This document shows, piece after piece, positions 1-13,679 of a stretch of 64,000 nt of DNA (positions are counted from its first letter, which is position 1; each line of letters opens with the position of its first letter). Under the pieces are notes generated by a model that was given only the letters and a program-made list of their open reading frames with translations, made no database searches and was not told the origin of the DNA. The position numbers were made by a program, and so were the translations under genes. This DNA comes from Octopus vulgaris (taxonomy: Eukaryota), in contig OX597823.1 in NCBI GenBank assembly GCA_951406725.2, positions 41,106,001 through 41,170,000 of the forward strand, written 5' to 3'.

Positions 1-687
1 TCCACTCTTCACTTTCATTCTTGTAATCATCATTCACTTCTTTCCCCTGTCTTATTCTTTTCTTTCTATTCTACATTTCTAACCACAATTCTTTCTCCAT
101 GTCCTTCCTTTTATTTTCCTTCCATTTCTATTCATCTTTTCTATTCCTGTATATTTACACATTCCTTACCTGATTTTTTATATTTTCCCAAATTTTTTTT
201 GAGCATTTATTCTTCTGTCCATTTCTATTTTTTCTCTTTCATTTCTGTAACTACACTTGGTCATATTTCTTTCTCTTTTTTTTTCCCCTATTCCTGTTTT
301 CTTTCAATCACTCTCTCTTTCTTTCTCTCTCTCTTACTCCCGTCTTTCATAATCTTCTGTCGTCTTTTAGTTCTCGTCTGTATTTTTCCTTATTCCTAAC
401 AATGTTGTCTTCTTAACCTTATTTGTTCACTTAGTTTTGACTTGCTTAAATATTAAATCAAGTATTTCGTTATTTGCTTATATCTTTTCTTCCAGACTTC
501 CTTTCTTTCCCGCTTTTCTTTCGTTCTCTCGTTTCTTCTTTCTTTCTTCATATTTCTATATGAGATGCATTCTTTCTGTAGGAACAATTTTTTTGTTGTT
601 GTTTTTCCTTCCACTACTCCAAGCTAACGTTCACCAAGTCTTTTACTTAACCAATATTTAGAATTGATAATACATATAAAAAGCAAC

Positions 688-725
<38 letters not shown>

Positions 726-1157
726 GTGGTGGAGAGTGATGGTGATGATGATAATGTCTAGTCTAACATAAAAAAATATGACATCAGATATTCCTCATAG
801 TCTCAATAAATGTATAAAAAAAAAGAAGATAAAGTAAAAATATATTTTCTACTGTATGAAATGAGCTTTCTAGAACATTCTAGTTCTACAGTCGACAATA
901 TGAAGAATTTAATGAATGAAATGATTACTGGATGGAAGAAAAGGCATCTGTCTGTACTCGGCACAACAAACTACTGGTTTTTAACAGATATGTATGGTTG
1001 AATACTAGAAAATGTAGTCAATCTTTACATTTTGTTCCCTGATTTCTGTACCATTGACTGTTTATATGAAGGACAACCAACCAGATACAGCATTCAGGGG
1101 ATACTAGCCAATCGTTTCCATCATAACTTTACATTTGATATTTTCCCGATGGTTCAA

Positions 1158-1345
1158 GGAGGCGAGCTGGTAGAATCGTTAGCACACCGGGTAAAGTGAT
1201 TAGCAGCATTTCGTCCGTATTTACATTTTAAGTTCAAATTCCGCTGAGAACAATTTATCATTTCGTGGTCGATAAAATAAGTACCAGTTGAACTCTGGAG
1301 TTAATGTAATCGACTTACCCCGTACCCCGAAATTATTGGCGGTAT
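1158..1345 (+). mobile_element. tRNA-derived SINE (family A), diverged copy
   Basis: GGAGGCGAGCTGGTAGAATCGTTAGCAC head, GTTCAAATTCCGC B-box-like motif, GGTCGATAAAATAAGTACCAG central block shared with >20 copies in the window. Confidence 0.85.
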
Positions 1346-1408
1346 GCCACTAACGTAAAAATTAATATTTTGACGATAGTAGCAAGGATTATAGCCATTA
1401 AACTACTA

Positions 1409-1448
<40 letters not shown>

Positions 1449-2153
1449 TCAGAAATCTGATAGATGTAGTACACACAGATAGACTAAATGAAATAGGATG
1501 TATAATCCAGGAGAAGTGAAATTGCAAAATCAGTTAGTATATTGATTTTTCGGGCAGTACTGAGGAGTTTAATCCACTGTGTGGTGTGCAGAAGAAAATG
1601 CACAGTCTATGGAAATGAATAACTGTCGACATCGTAACGGCGTGATGCAAGATTTGTTATTATAGAAATCTACGAAACAATTGTAAACTAAACGGTAAAC
1701 GCGATTTGCTAACTGCATTTTTCGATATACACGTCTATGCATATATATATATATACATATATATATATAACAATCAGACAAAGAATGAAGAATTTTCATT
1801 TTGAGTAACTTTATTAACTGCCACGAACGTTTCGAACGGCTTGAGGAACTGTTTTCTCGTTATACAACGACTTAGATGCATAATCACTGAGTTTACTAAT
1901 CAATTGATTAATGAATGTGTTAACCCTCAACTATTCTCTACAGGACTTAAAATTATTGACCTGTTATTCTCCGTGATTGCTGTACCAACTAATCTATTGC
2001 TGAACAAAACTTTGAATTGATCGACCCTTATGTTTAACCTATATGGATTACTATAATCTTCTCTGAACATTCCACTGGCCAGATTTTATCACATTGAGTG
2101 CTGAATGAGATATTCGTCTGGATTTCTTCAACCGTCATTTCCCTTCCTTTTAT

Positions 2154-2185
<32 letters not shown>

Positions 2186-2689
2186 TCTTTATTTGTGAAT
2201 TAAAGCTACCATTGGTTTCATGTTAAGAAAAGTAAGAAAATATCCAAGGGTGTTAATTTTTTAAACTAATCACATGGAGAAAGTTGTTCGCCTCCATTTT
2301 GGAAAACACAGCCTCGTTTACTTCGGTGAGATTCTCGTGAATTCACGTGAATAGAACAATGAATCAATGAATCAAGAGACGTTTACTCTTGGGTGGAATC
2401 TTTTGGATGTTTGTCTCCCTTGTTTGTCTCCTTGTTTAGAGGGCAGCTGTTTGGGGATCTACAGTAACATTGTCTTTCGGGGTGTTTCTGGTTTGTTTAT
2501 ATCTATTGTGATTGAGTATTATTGATAACATATTGGGGAGGCAACTATAGCAAACTGTAACAATATTTCTGTTGAAGATCTTGATATTTGTGTGAATGTA
2601 GAAAGTGGCTGTCTATTAGTTTTAAATATTTCCTAGCTATGTTAGTAGCTACATTTATGTTATAAGGTGGGTTAGCCATAAGATTTTCC

Positions 2690-2819
2690 TCTGCTCAACT
2701 TTTCCTTTCATCCTTTCAGAGTCGATAAATTAAATACCAGTTGCATATTAGGGTCGACCTAATTGTCGACCGGTCCCCTCAACTCCAAATTCTGAGCCTT
2801 GTGCATAGGGTAGAAAAGT
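2690..2819 (+). mobile_element. SINE family A, 5'-truncated
   Basis: CCTTTCATCCTTTCAGAGTCGATAAATTAAATACCAG central block and GCCTTGTGCATAGGGTAGAAAAG tail, followed by TA/TG microsatellite. Confidence 0.8.
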
Positions 2820-2907
2820 ATATAAATATATATATATGTATATGTATGTATGTATATGTGTATATATGCATATATATCTATCTATATACGTGTGTGTGTA
2901 TGCGTGC

Positions 2908-2985
<78 letters not shown>

Positions 2986-3071
2986 CTATATTCACTATAA
3001 ACAGCGACGAATTGATTCTCGCCGCTTATCGTGCATATTTGTTCGCTCAAGTTATTAACAAAAGCTACGAA

Positions 3072-3148
3072 CTAGTATCAAATTCTAGTATCAAATTCTA
3101 GTATCTTTGGCTAGTATCTTCTAGGATCAAATTCTAGTATCTTTGGCT
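3072..3148. repeat. short minisatellite, ~13-bp unit CTAGTATCAAATT / CTAGTATCTTTGG
   Basis: about six imperfect tandem units visible directly. Confidence 0.8.
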
Positions 3149-4489
3149 GACTAGTTACAACGATGTAAAAATGCTGGGTGTTCCAGAGTTCCCTTACACC
3201 AATGAATCGAGTGTGTTATGAATACACGTTCATTGTTTCCCTATGACGGAATACAATAGCAGTTCTAGTTCGAATCAGCTGGAATATATTAAGAATAAAT
3301 ATGCAAGTCATCGCACAATGTCTTTCTATCTTTCTCACTCAATTTGTGCCTCTTTCCCATGTGTGTGTGTGTGTGTGAATACAGGTAATCAGAGAGCGAG
3401 CAAGAGATTAACTCACACACATAAGTTGTATGAACTCAGGAGAGACAGCGGCCATCCATTTACATAATATGCGTGTGTATCATTGTGATTGTGTATGTGT
3501 TTGTGCATATGCGAAAACTCAGAAGTTTCTTGTTTGGTACCCAGTTGCGCAGTTAACCTACCAGGGTTTGTTTGGATTTGAGATTGCGGTGAAGGCAACT
3601 AACCCAAGAGACTAAGAACTGTAATAGGAAAGCCTGAGGTATATTATTCATTGAGTTTGTGGCAAACATTTGCACCAACTTTCTGCTATCAGCATTTCCA
3701 AAAAGTGCTACCTGTCAAATACAAACCTTCACCATAGCTCATCTCTGTGGGTCGCCTGGTTGCTATAATATCGGGTATTAGACTGTCTTACAGCGAAGCC
3801 GAAAGGAGAATCCACTAAATATACACTCGCTGCGCGTGGGGCGAGGAGCAGTGCTCATGACTCTTTGCCAGCCTTTCAGTACCAGTGAGTTAGTTATTGA
3901 TGTACCAGAAGAAAAGATGTACTGGAAGAAGACACCAAAAGGTCAGTATTCTAAGGTAGAGGGAGGACAGAGACGCAGAATATTACTCCGAGCGGGGACT
4001 CGGAATTGACATAACATGAGTGGCCAGCAATTAAGAGAGGGACAAGGAGCTGAATGAGGCAAGATGCCTAACTGGTTGAAGTACGAACCCAGTCATCTCA
4101 GACGAATAGAGGCCATCTGTTTAAACCTCTGTTTTATAGAATAATTCTAAAGAGGTGAGATTTTGTGAAATTACGGCTTGTTTCGGTAAATGCGTTATTG
4201 CAATATTCTGTCTCATAATTGTCTAGAGCTGTTTGTTGTTGGTAATTATCTGGCGGTCAGTTGAGTGAACATCGATATTTCTCTAACACAGTTGTGTGAA
4301 TGTTTTAAGTGATAGTTGTAAATAAAAAAAAAAAAGATAACTATAGCAAATGCATGGAGTTTTATTTTTCTTTCATCTCTGAAACGATGTTGTTTTAAGC
4401 GCTACTTAAACATGAGTTATTTTGATGATTCTGAAATGTTAATTCATCCAACAACACTAAGTTACTGCATCAGGTGTCAAAACTAAACA

Positions 4490-4542
<53 letters not shown>

Positions 4543-5659
4543 TTGTAAAATTGTCGTAAAATCACCAGACCTACCAGAAATGGAAACAGTTATCTCTCTC
4601 TCTCTCTCTCTCTCTCAAGTCACATTCAAACATATTGGGAAAAAATTATAAGAATTAAAAAAATAATAAACACAGAGGACACATTGCATAATGCGGTCCA
4701 AGAAATAATTACTTCTGAACAAAAAAAAAAAAGAGCGTGGATTAGTGATGGTTGAAATGCTTTTGATCATAGGCGTCTCCTTCATCATAACTGACGCGGG
4801 GACTAAACAACAACAACAAAATATGGATGTCACCAACTTGCAATGCTTCACCAAAGACACGCAAGAGTGAGTTTTACCAATTGTATATAATATTTACCAG
4901 TTGTCTATATTCGAGTTGTGCAGATGAATTTCAGAGATAAATTCTGAAGACAGTCGTATAAAATTCAATTAATCGTCCGTAAGAAAAAAGTGAGAAATAT
5001 TTTTTCTTACGTTTATCAAGAAATCATGAAAAGCAAGTTATATTTTTTAAAACATACTTCATTCTGCTGATTTTATTTATCTGTTCTGTTACTGTTAACA
5101 AGTGGTACCACAATTCAATTGCTTGATGTCATTTTTATGACAGCAATCAAGTTGTAGGAAAAACAAACCATGGATCGAATATTTATGCTCTTAGGAAACT
5201 AGAATTAATTGATGCGGTATCTAAATAGAATAATAAATTATATCTTACTCTTCATTATTCAAAGCATTAGATAGTATTCATTTTCAAGGCAGAACTGTAA
5301 GAATATCGACCTTGCGGTATTTGTTCCGGTCCTTCGTGTTCTGAGTTCAAATCCTACCACTGTCTACTTGCTCTGCTGTCCGAATTAACACGACTAATTG
5401 ACACCGTAGGCGCCTTTAGCCGAACTGACTTTGATGGAAGCATCCAGACCAGTTCTCTAGTTTGAGGATAACTTCATTCCTCTCATGGTTCTCGGAGATC
5501 CCTTGAAAGATCAGTAGCACTTCCATACTTCCTGACTCACAGATTAAAAAATTTACACTTTCTCGCAAAAATTATAACTACAATACATAGATCAGCTTTG
5601 TTCTCTAATGGAGTAAAAAAAACATGGTAAGAAACTCTTAACTGGAAACTTACTTTGCA

Positions 5660-6877
5660 TTAGGTTGTCAAGAAAGCTCTTGCGGTTTTTAACCTTTAAA
5701 TTCAGATGCTCATATCGCGGCTCAAACAAAACTTTATCAATCAAAATAAACACCATCAGAATCAACAAACTTTTGCCAATGCGAAATAAGTTTATTTAAG
5801 CCAGTAGCGTATAAATCCTGCGTTCTGATGACGATGAAGTCGTTGAAGGCATGTTTGGCATCGTCTTGGTTTTTGAAGCATTTCTCACGCAGGAAGTTGT
5901 CGAGATGCTTGAAAAAGTAGTAGTTCAGTAGGCAAGAGATCTGGTGCGTATGACTGATGAGGCAGAGCTTCGTAGCACAATTCGTTCAACTTCTGCAGGG
6001 TCAGTTGTGCGACATGCAGCCGGTCGTTGACGTAGAGAAGAATTGGTCCTTTTCTATTGACCAATGCTGGCTGTTGTTGTCGGAGTTTCTTATGCATTTT
6101 ATCCATTTCCTGACAGCACTTCTCCGCCGTAATGGTTTCGCTAAAAAGCTGTGATGGATGAGACCAACCGCAGACCACCAAACAGTTCTTTTAGTGCAAC
6201 TTTGGTTTCGGGAAGTGCCGTGGAGCTTTGTCGGCGTCCAGCCACTGAGTTGAGCGTCGCCGGTTGTCGTAAAGAATCCACTTTTCATTGCAAGTCACAA
6301 CCCGGACGAGAAACGGGTCGTTCTTGTTGCGTAAAAGAAGGGAAGACGACACTTCAAAACGGCGCTTTTGGTTGTCGTTCAGTTCGTGCGGCACCCATTT
6401 CTCAAGTATTTTTTATTTTACCAATCTTTTTCAAATGGTTGGAAATTGTCGTATACGTTATGTCTAATTCAGAAGCAAGCTCTCGAACAGTTGTACGTGG
6501 ATTGGCTTCGACTAAGGCACTTAGTTCACCGTTGTCAACATCCAATGGCCGACCACTACGCTTATCATCTTCAAGACTCTCGTCACTGCTCCGAAATTTC
6601 TTGAACCACCATTGTGCTGTACGTTCATTAGTGGTTCCTGAGCCAAACGTATCGCTGACATCACGAGCTGTTTCAGCAGTTTTTCGGCCTAGCTTGAACT
6701 GGAATAAGAAAATTGTGTGAATTTGTTTTTGTCCATGGCATAATTATTCAAAAATGAAAAGAGTAACAAGATTAGATAGAGCGAAAAACGAGCTTTAAAA
6801 TTATATATAAAGTTAAAGTAATTTAACGAATTAAAACGAAAATTAAAAACTTTGCAAAAACTTTCTCGACAACCTAA
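5660..6877 (-). mobile_element. mariner (Tc1/mariner) DNA transposon, full length but decayed
   Basis: TIRs TTAGGTTGTCAAGAAAG (5660) and CTTTCTCGACAACCTAA (ends 6877); TA after the right end, CA before the left end; ~1.2 kb length typical of mariner. Confidence 0.95.
5737..6736 (-). pseudogene. mariner transposase pseudogene (frameshifts and stops)
   Basis: minus-strand pieces IFLFQFKLGRKTAETA, QWWFKKFRSSDESLED, WVPHEL, VTCNEKWILYDN (first catalytic D is N), YAPDLLPT (YSPDLAP motif), KFVDSDGVYFD*. Confidence 0.93.
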
Positions 6878-7544
6878 TAATTGGCCCCAAATTCCATTAT
6901 ATAGGTGAATGACTATCGTAAAACCTTACTCAATTGTTATGTTCTTAATCTTTTAAATCCATAGGTTCGCTTTAGTGGTGTATTTTCGTTTGGCCATACT
7001 TCTGGAAGGCGCAAAATAACGATGTCTGCCAATTACTGTGGCGTAAACACAAAATCGTGTGGCCGCCAATTTTTGTGTCTTCGAAATCGCTCCTGGTAAA
7101 GTGTTTGAAAGTGTTAATAATATGTTTTCAGTTACATGTGTTAAGCAATTATTCAGTGGTGAGATATTGAAACAAATGAATCTTCAACGTCGAAAGCGAT
7201 GGAATTTCATTCATTTTATTGTTGTTATGGCAAGTTTTGTCCGGTCAGATCATTTTGAAATGACACTGACCACTAAGCAATAATTAGACATCGCGTAGAT
7301 TTTGATAAAGAGTATCCAAGTCGTACATTATTCATGTTACTCGTTGAATATAATCACTCATTACATAATGTAGCTGCATGCATAATCTAGAGGTCCTCGT
7401 ATTTCTGACGTAGTTCTCGGCCAGACTCAACGGGATATTATGCATGACAATGTTCATACCCTAAATTATTGAGACAGTCCCTCCTATATGATTTCAATGG
7501 TTTAACCATTTAGTTAATTCCATCGACAACGCTTAGTCGATCCA

Positions 7545-7650
7545 GATTACAGCAGAAAAAAACTTGCCCAAGGTACCAACCAATGAGATCGAACTCAGGA
7601 ACTTATGATAATTAAACTAACTTCTTTACCATTCAATCATGCTTGTACCC
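7545..7650 (-). mobile_element. SINE family B head fragment (tRNA/CORE-like)
   Basis: reverse complement resembles the head of the 32345 copy (GGTAAGAAG...GTTCGATCTCATTG..GTACCTTGGGCAAG). Confidence 0.55.
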
Positions 7651-7774
7651 GCTAGCAAGGCAGTTAGACGTATGAGTTCGTCAAGGCTTTGATCTTCTAT
7701 ATTTAACCGCCTCTCTATCACCTAGAATGAATCCTCAAGAGAGGTTTTACTTCTGTAATATTTTCTTTCTCATT

Positions 7775-8870
7775 TAAGCATAAGGGCAGCAATTTTGAGA
7801 GAAATGAGCTTGTCAATTACATCGGCCATCAGTGCTCATCGACCCTGAAATGCAAAGTCGATCTCAGTGTAATTTGAACTCAGAACGTAAAGTTTTATAA
7901 GAAATGCCGCTAAGAATTTTATCCAGCGGGCTAACGACTCTGCCAGCTATCTATATTTTTTTAGATACATAATAAGATATTCTGTCATAACAATGACGTG
8001 TTCCGACAGTTCAAGTTTCAGAAAGACTTGAATGCTTACATAAGATATGTTTCAAATTTGGGTACACAGTCAGCAATTTTTAGGGAAAGATTAAGTCGAT
8101 AGCATCAGCCCAAGTAATCAACTACTGCATGTTTTATCGATCACGAAGGCGGGAGGGTGAAACGCAAAATGAACCTCGTTGGAATTAGAATTCTGAACGT
8201 AAAGAACTTGAAGAAATATCACGAAACATTTCATTCGGCGAGCTAACAATTCTGCCAGCTTACTGACACTTTTTAGTTATATAATAATGAGATATGCTAT
8301 CATAACCACGATGTGTTTTAACAGTTGAAGGTCAAGTTGTTGACTTCAGGAAGATTTGAATGCATATATAACATATTAGTTTCAAATTTTGGCACAACGT
8401 CAGCAATTTTGGAGGAAGGATTGTGTCGATTCCATCGACTCCAGTGATCAACAGGTACTTGTTGTCATAATGACGATGTGTTTTAACAGTTGAAGGTCAA
8501 GTTGTTGACTTCAGGAAGATTTGAATGCATACATAACATATTAGTTTCAAATTTTGGCACAACGTCAGCAATTTTGGAGGAAGGATTGGGTCGATTCCAT
8601 CGACTCCAGTGATCAACAGGTACTTGTTTTTATCAACCTCCGAAAGAATGAAAGGCAATGTCGACCTCGATGGAATTAGAACTTAGAAGGTAAAGAACTG
8701 GAATAAATGTCGGTAAGCATTACGTCCAGCCTGCTAACGATTCAGCCAGCTCGCTGCCTGTTTTTAGTTATATAATAGTGAGATATGCTGTCATAATAAC
8801 GAGGTGTTCCAACAGTCGAAGGTCAACCTATTGACTTCAGGAAGTCTTGAATGTATACATAAAATATTGA
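7775..8870 (-). repeat. tandem array of SINE A plus a ~100-bp non-SINE spacer
   Basis: spacer TCATAA..ACGATGTGTTTTAACAGTTGAAGGTC..GACTTCAGGAAG..TTGAATG recurs at ~7960, 8270, 8465 and 8761, alternating with minus-strand SINE A pieces; includes a near-perfect 165-bp tandem duplication (8300-8464 / 8465-8629). Confidence 0.9.
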
Positions 8871-9019
8871 CATAACCGTTACCTATCACTATGTATGTGC
8901 TGTGTTTAATTCGTTTAAATATTTATTTTCTGTGGAGAACAGTTATTTTTTTTTTGTATTTTATTTTCATTTTTATTTGGTAATAATTGAAATGTCTTCG
9001 ATTAATGTTTACACTAGAC

Positions 9020-9178
9020 TACACACAGACACACACACACACACACACCTGTACATATATAGGTGCACACACACACATAGATATACATTTATACACAATT
9101 ATACATACGCACATCTGTATTTGTATATACTGTGTGCGTGTAGGTATGTACTTCTGTATGTATGTTTGCGTGTGCATG

Positions 9179-9221
<43 letters not shown>

Positions 9222-9290
9222 GTGTGTGTGTGTGTGTGTATGCATATATGTATGTATGCATATATGTATGTATGCATATATACAGACACT
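9020..9290. repeat. compound CA/TA/TG microsatellite
   Basis: direct inspection. Confidence 0.9.
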
Positions 9291-9764
9291 GTCTATATGT
9301 ACCAGTATAGTCATGCAATTACTCACATTCTCAAACACTCAAGTGTGTATTCGTGTATTTAGCTATGTGTATATACAAACACAACATCACACACATATTT
9401 ACCTACGTACATACATACAACATGGCGCCTTTAACATTAAACACGTTAGCATAGAGGACAGTTCAAACAAATGCTTTAATATTTTCTTTAAATTTTCTGC
9501 CCTTAAGGTGGCTTCCTTCGTAACTGTTTTCACTCATATAGGAAGAGGACAAAAAATGTTGTTGTTTTTTTTTCTGGGAAGCTTTACATTCTAGCGTGTG
9601 TTTAAGGAAAGTATATCTTAATATTTGAATTAATCATTGCGACGATGATAACTAAGATCCATGGCATTAACAGAAATACTGTAGAAAGCCTACATTAAGT
9701 GCGTGAGAACGATACAGATGAAGTGCTGATTGGACAGGAATGGGCCTAAATGACAGAATATTGC

Positions 9765-10790
9765 TTTCAAGTTTTGACACAATGTCAGCAATTTTGAGGA
9801 AGGGATAAGTCGGTTATATCGATCCTCGTAATAATTCTTAGTTTGGCGGGCAAAAGTCAAGCAATTTGATGATAGGAGCAATTCAATTACATCCGAAAAG
9901 ATAAAAGCGTAAGTCGACCTCGGCAGTATTTGAACTCGGAATGCAAAGAGTCGGAAGAAATACTGCTAAATATTTTGACAGCGCGGTAACGACTCTACTA
10001 CCTCGCCGCTTCATTCTTTTTTACTCTAGGCACTAGGCCCAAAATTTAGGGAGAGGGTGACAATCGATTAAATCGACTCCAGTACGTAATTGGTATTTAA
10101 TTTATCGATTCTGAAAGGATGAAAAGCAAAGTCGACCTCGGCGGAATTTGAACTCAGAAGGAAAAGACAGACGAAATATCTATTTCTTTACTACCCACGA
10201 GCGGCTAAACACAGAAAGGACAAACAAGGACGGACAAACGGATTAAGTCAATTATATCGACCCTAGTGCGTAACTGGTACTTATTTAATCGACCCCGAAA
10301 GGATGAAAGGCAAAGTCGACCTCGGCGAAATTTGAACTCAGAACGTAACTGCAGACGAAATACCTATTTCTTTACTGCCCACAAGGGGCTAACCACAGAG
10401 GGGACAAACAAGGACAGACAAACGGATTAAGTCGATTACATCAACCTCAGTGCGTAACTGGTACTTAATTTATCGATTCCGAAAGGATGAATAGCAAAGT
10501 CGACCTCGGCGGAATTTGAACTCAGAACGTAACGGCAGACGAAATACGGCTACGCATTTCGACCGGCGTGCTAACGTTTCTACCAGCTCACCGCCTAATT
10601 ATATCTATGCAGAACGCCTATTTTGGGGAAGGTGGTCAGTCAGTTACATCGCCCCCACAGTTTGACTGGTTGCTTATTTCATCAAGCCCGAAAGAAAGAA
10701 AAGCAAATTTCACAACGGCACGATTTAAACTCAAATTATCAGCCGGAAAAAAATGCTGCAAAGTATTTTTCCAACTTACTAGTTACTAAC
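9765..10790 (-). mobile_element. head-to-tail cluster of five SINE A copies
   Basis: GTCGACCTCGGC anchor at 9913, 10131, 10315 and 10499 (184-bp period for the last three), plus an older copy at 10620-10790. Confidence 0.92.
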
Positions 10791-11082
10791 GGTATTTTCT
10801 TTATTTACGGCAATGTTATAGGATTAGATCACAAATAATAATAATTTGTAGGACGCAAAAATGGTCGTAGTTAATTTTAGTGACTCCATTACCAAGCTGT
10901 TATATTATCTCATGATGAAACTCGAACCCAGAACAAAGAAGACATCTAACGCTATATTGTGAGGCTCAAGTAGACAATAATCGGCAGATATCCGTCTGCA
11001 ACTATTTATACATTGTTCTTGTTTCAAAAACATAGTATATATTTTCTTATATTAGAAAACAATTTTATCATTTTACTGAAAA

Positions 11083-11207
11083 GACGGCGAGCTGGCAGGA
11101 ATGTTAGCACGCCGGGCGAAATCTTTTCTACTCTAGGCAAAAGGCCCGAAATTTTGGGGGAGGAGGCCAGTCGATTAGATCGACCTCAGTACGCAACTGG
11201 TACTTAA
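11083..11207. mobile_element. SINE A head (+) fused to SINE A tail (-)
   Basis: GACGGCGAGCTGGCAGGAATGTTAGCACGCCGGGCGAAAT followed immediately by the reverse-complement tail CTTTTCTACTCTAGGCAAAAGGCCCGAAATTTTGGGGG. Confidence 0.85.
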
Positions 11208-13679
11208 TATGTATACATATATATGTATATATATTTATATATATAGACACACATATATACACATATATGAATACCACATCATCACGTGAACGATCAGGCT
11301 ATCAGATGTTACACATCGCATTGCGCATTTGCACTGTTTTAGCCTATATAGTATATATATCAATATTATCAATATATATATATACACACATACATAGCGT
11401 ATATACTATATATATATGTAATGTATAGGGTATATATGTTATATATATTTAATATTTATATGATATATATATATATATATGCCATATGTATGTATTTGTA
11501 TATTGTAAATATGCTATATGTATAATACATATGCTATTTGTGTGTGCGTGTGAATAGCTAGAGAGATGAAAATAATATTCAATTTTATCTGAATAGATCA
11601 GCATGAAAAATGTGTTATGATTTTCTTTCCCCAATTTTCTCCTATTTTCCCATTCTTGTTTGCTCTTTTCTTTTCAGTTTCAATTGGTTTCTACTTTTTA
11701 ATAAGGTAGATTCTATTTATATCATTCATATACTAAAATATCTTATTAAATTCATGATCGATCATAGTCTTGTGTGCTCTTGCTTCCGGATAGACGTCTC
11801 CGATTTGTAGACTTTCTTGATGAAATTTCTTTAATTGACGTCTGACGACTGTCTCTCTTTAGGCAACTTTTTTTTTACATATTGTTTATCTTCTGTCAAC
11901 GTATAGTTTATATTTCGTAAATGATACCTATTGGTTGTGTTTGTGTCTATATATTCAACTGTTACAAGTTGTCTTAGAATTCATAGTTTCATCAAACTTT
12001 GTGCCCAGTCATTATAGAACCAATATCTCTAGGCTAATATATAACTAACCCTTATGAATCTGGTTAAAAGCTTAATCCAATTAATTGAGTCAATTTTTAG
12101 CAGAAAAATTCGTCAAGATATTACCGAATTGGCCGTTAAATCATGTCACCTTCTAGTCAATATGTATATGCAATATTACTTTAGGAGATATCTAAAGTCT
12201 ATCTTTATGCAGTCAATATCTCGAGGTTGTCTACTCAGCATCAACAGCGTTTTTCCTATTCAGCGTCTACAAACCATCGCTTCATATTCCTCTTTATTTA
12301 TCTCCCCTATCTACTCTCTTTTACTTGAGATAACGTCAACATAGAGTTATCTAAATAGATCATGTCTATTGTAGACGATACTAATTAACTCCTACTAACT
12401 GTCTCTCTAGTCCAGATTTACTGCGGGTGTCTATCGAGTTATCTTATTGATATCTCTATCATGTCAGTAGCTACTGATACTGTCTGTTTACTAAACATCT
12501 ATAAAATCTGTTTATCAGGTCAAAACACTATTCAAAAGCCCCATCATGTTGTGGACAGTCTTTTATGCGTGAATAAAATAATTAAAATAGAAAATAGGCT
12601 TTGAGTTTTTGGAAGCACCACCAAACAACCTTAGTGCCTAGAATACGAAATGATTGATCGAATTCATGAATGTGGTGTTTGATAGAAATTTATTCAGGGT
12701 TTGATGTAGTCAGCTGTTTATTGATGTTTGGGAGTGGGGGAGAGCTGGAGCAAGATTGTTATGTTGGCAAACAGTAAGAGAATGTTATATCAAAGTTAGG
12801 TTGTTGCTGACTGCCTCTTTCTATGAGATTTTTCGAAAATATTTCTGAACAAAGGAATAGAAACCGAAATCTGAAAGGTCTTATGCGTCATTTCCTCTTT
12901 TGGTTATTTATTAGTAAAATATGAAGAGAAATAAATATAAAAAGAAGAAAAATAGCAACTCAGTTATGAAGCAAGAAAATAGGAATAAGTTCAAAAGACA
13001 GTCTGAATATTTTGATGTGAGACAAAATTAAAAACTGAAAATAAAGAAAATATTGGTGAAGAATATTTTATTTCATTTTTGCATCTGTTTATTTTTTTGT
13101 TTATTTATTCATTAATTCTGAGATGAATCGATTTAAAATTTTGATATCAGATAATAGTCAATCGATTAGTCCCTTAACCTCTAGCAAATTGATAGTACCC
13201 CACCGATCAGGTTTAATCATTATACTTCTTGTAGTTTTAGCTATTTCTATGTCCAAGTCTCGCTCTAAAATATTTAACTGAAAGTTGCGAAGTTATTTCG
13301 GTACATCACTTTGCATCTGATTCTTGTCTACCAGTCAGCCTATCAGCTGATCATACACACATACTAGGTCAAGTACGGATTTCTTGAACTCGAAGGAATG
13401 AAAAGTGAAACTTACCAAAGTTAAAATCAGAATCATTGTATTATTCACATAAACCTGTCAGTACCCTTTGATAAATAAGATGAAGTTAAATCATTTGAAA
13501 TTATATATTGTCGTTTTTTTTTACACAAAGTTCCAGAATTAGACATAGCTAAGTAGATTCGTGGCAGAAGCAACGGTCTTATGCGCAAAAGTATTACAAT
13601 ATTGATTCTGAGATTCGAAGAAGCTCATTAAATACTTAGCGTTTGGTATTTAGGTTTAAGAGCCACGTAAACTATTTGA

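Noticed and set aside
1815-1870. Minus-strand stem-loop plus CGAAAC resembling a hammerhead half; similar partial motifs near 36535, 50790 and 52725
   Set aside because: The CUGANGA box or the cleavage triplet is missing; at most these are relics of Penelope-type ends.
6151-6720. 189-aa plus-strand ORF
   Set aside because: It is the antisense shadow of the mariner transposase on the minus strand.
7775-10600. Regularly spaced repeats suggesting a CRISPR-like array
   Set aside because: The units are SINE-derived, the spacers are homologous rather than unique, the context is eukaryotic and there are no cas genes.
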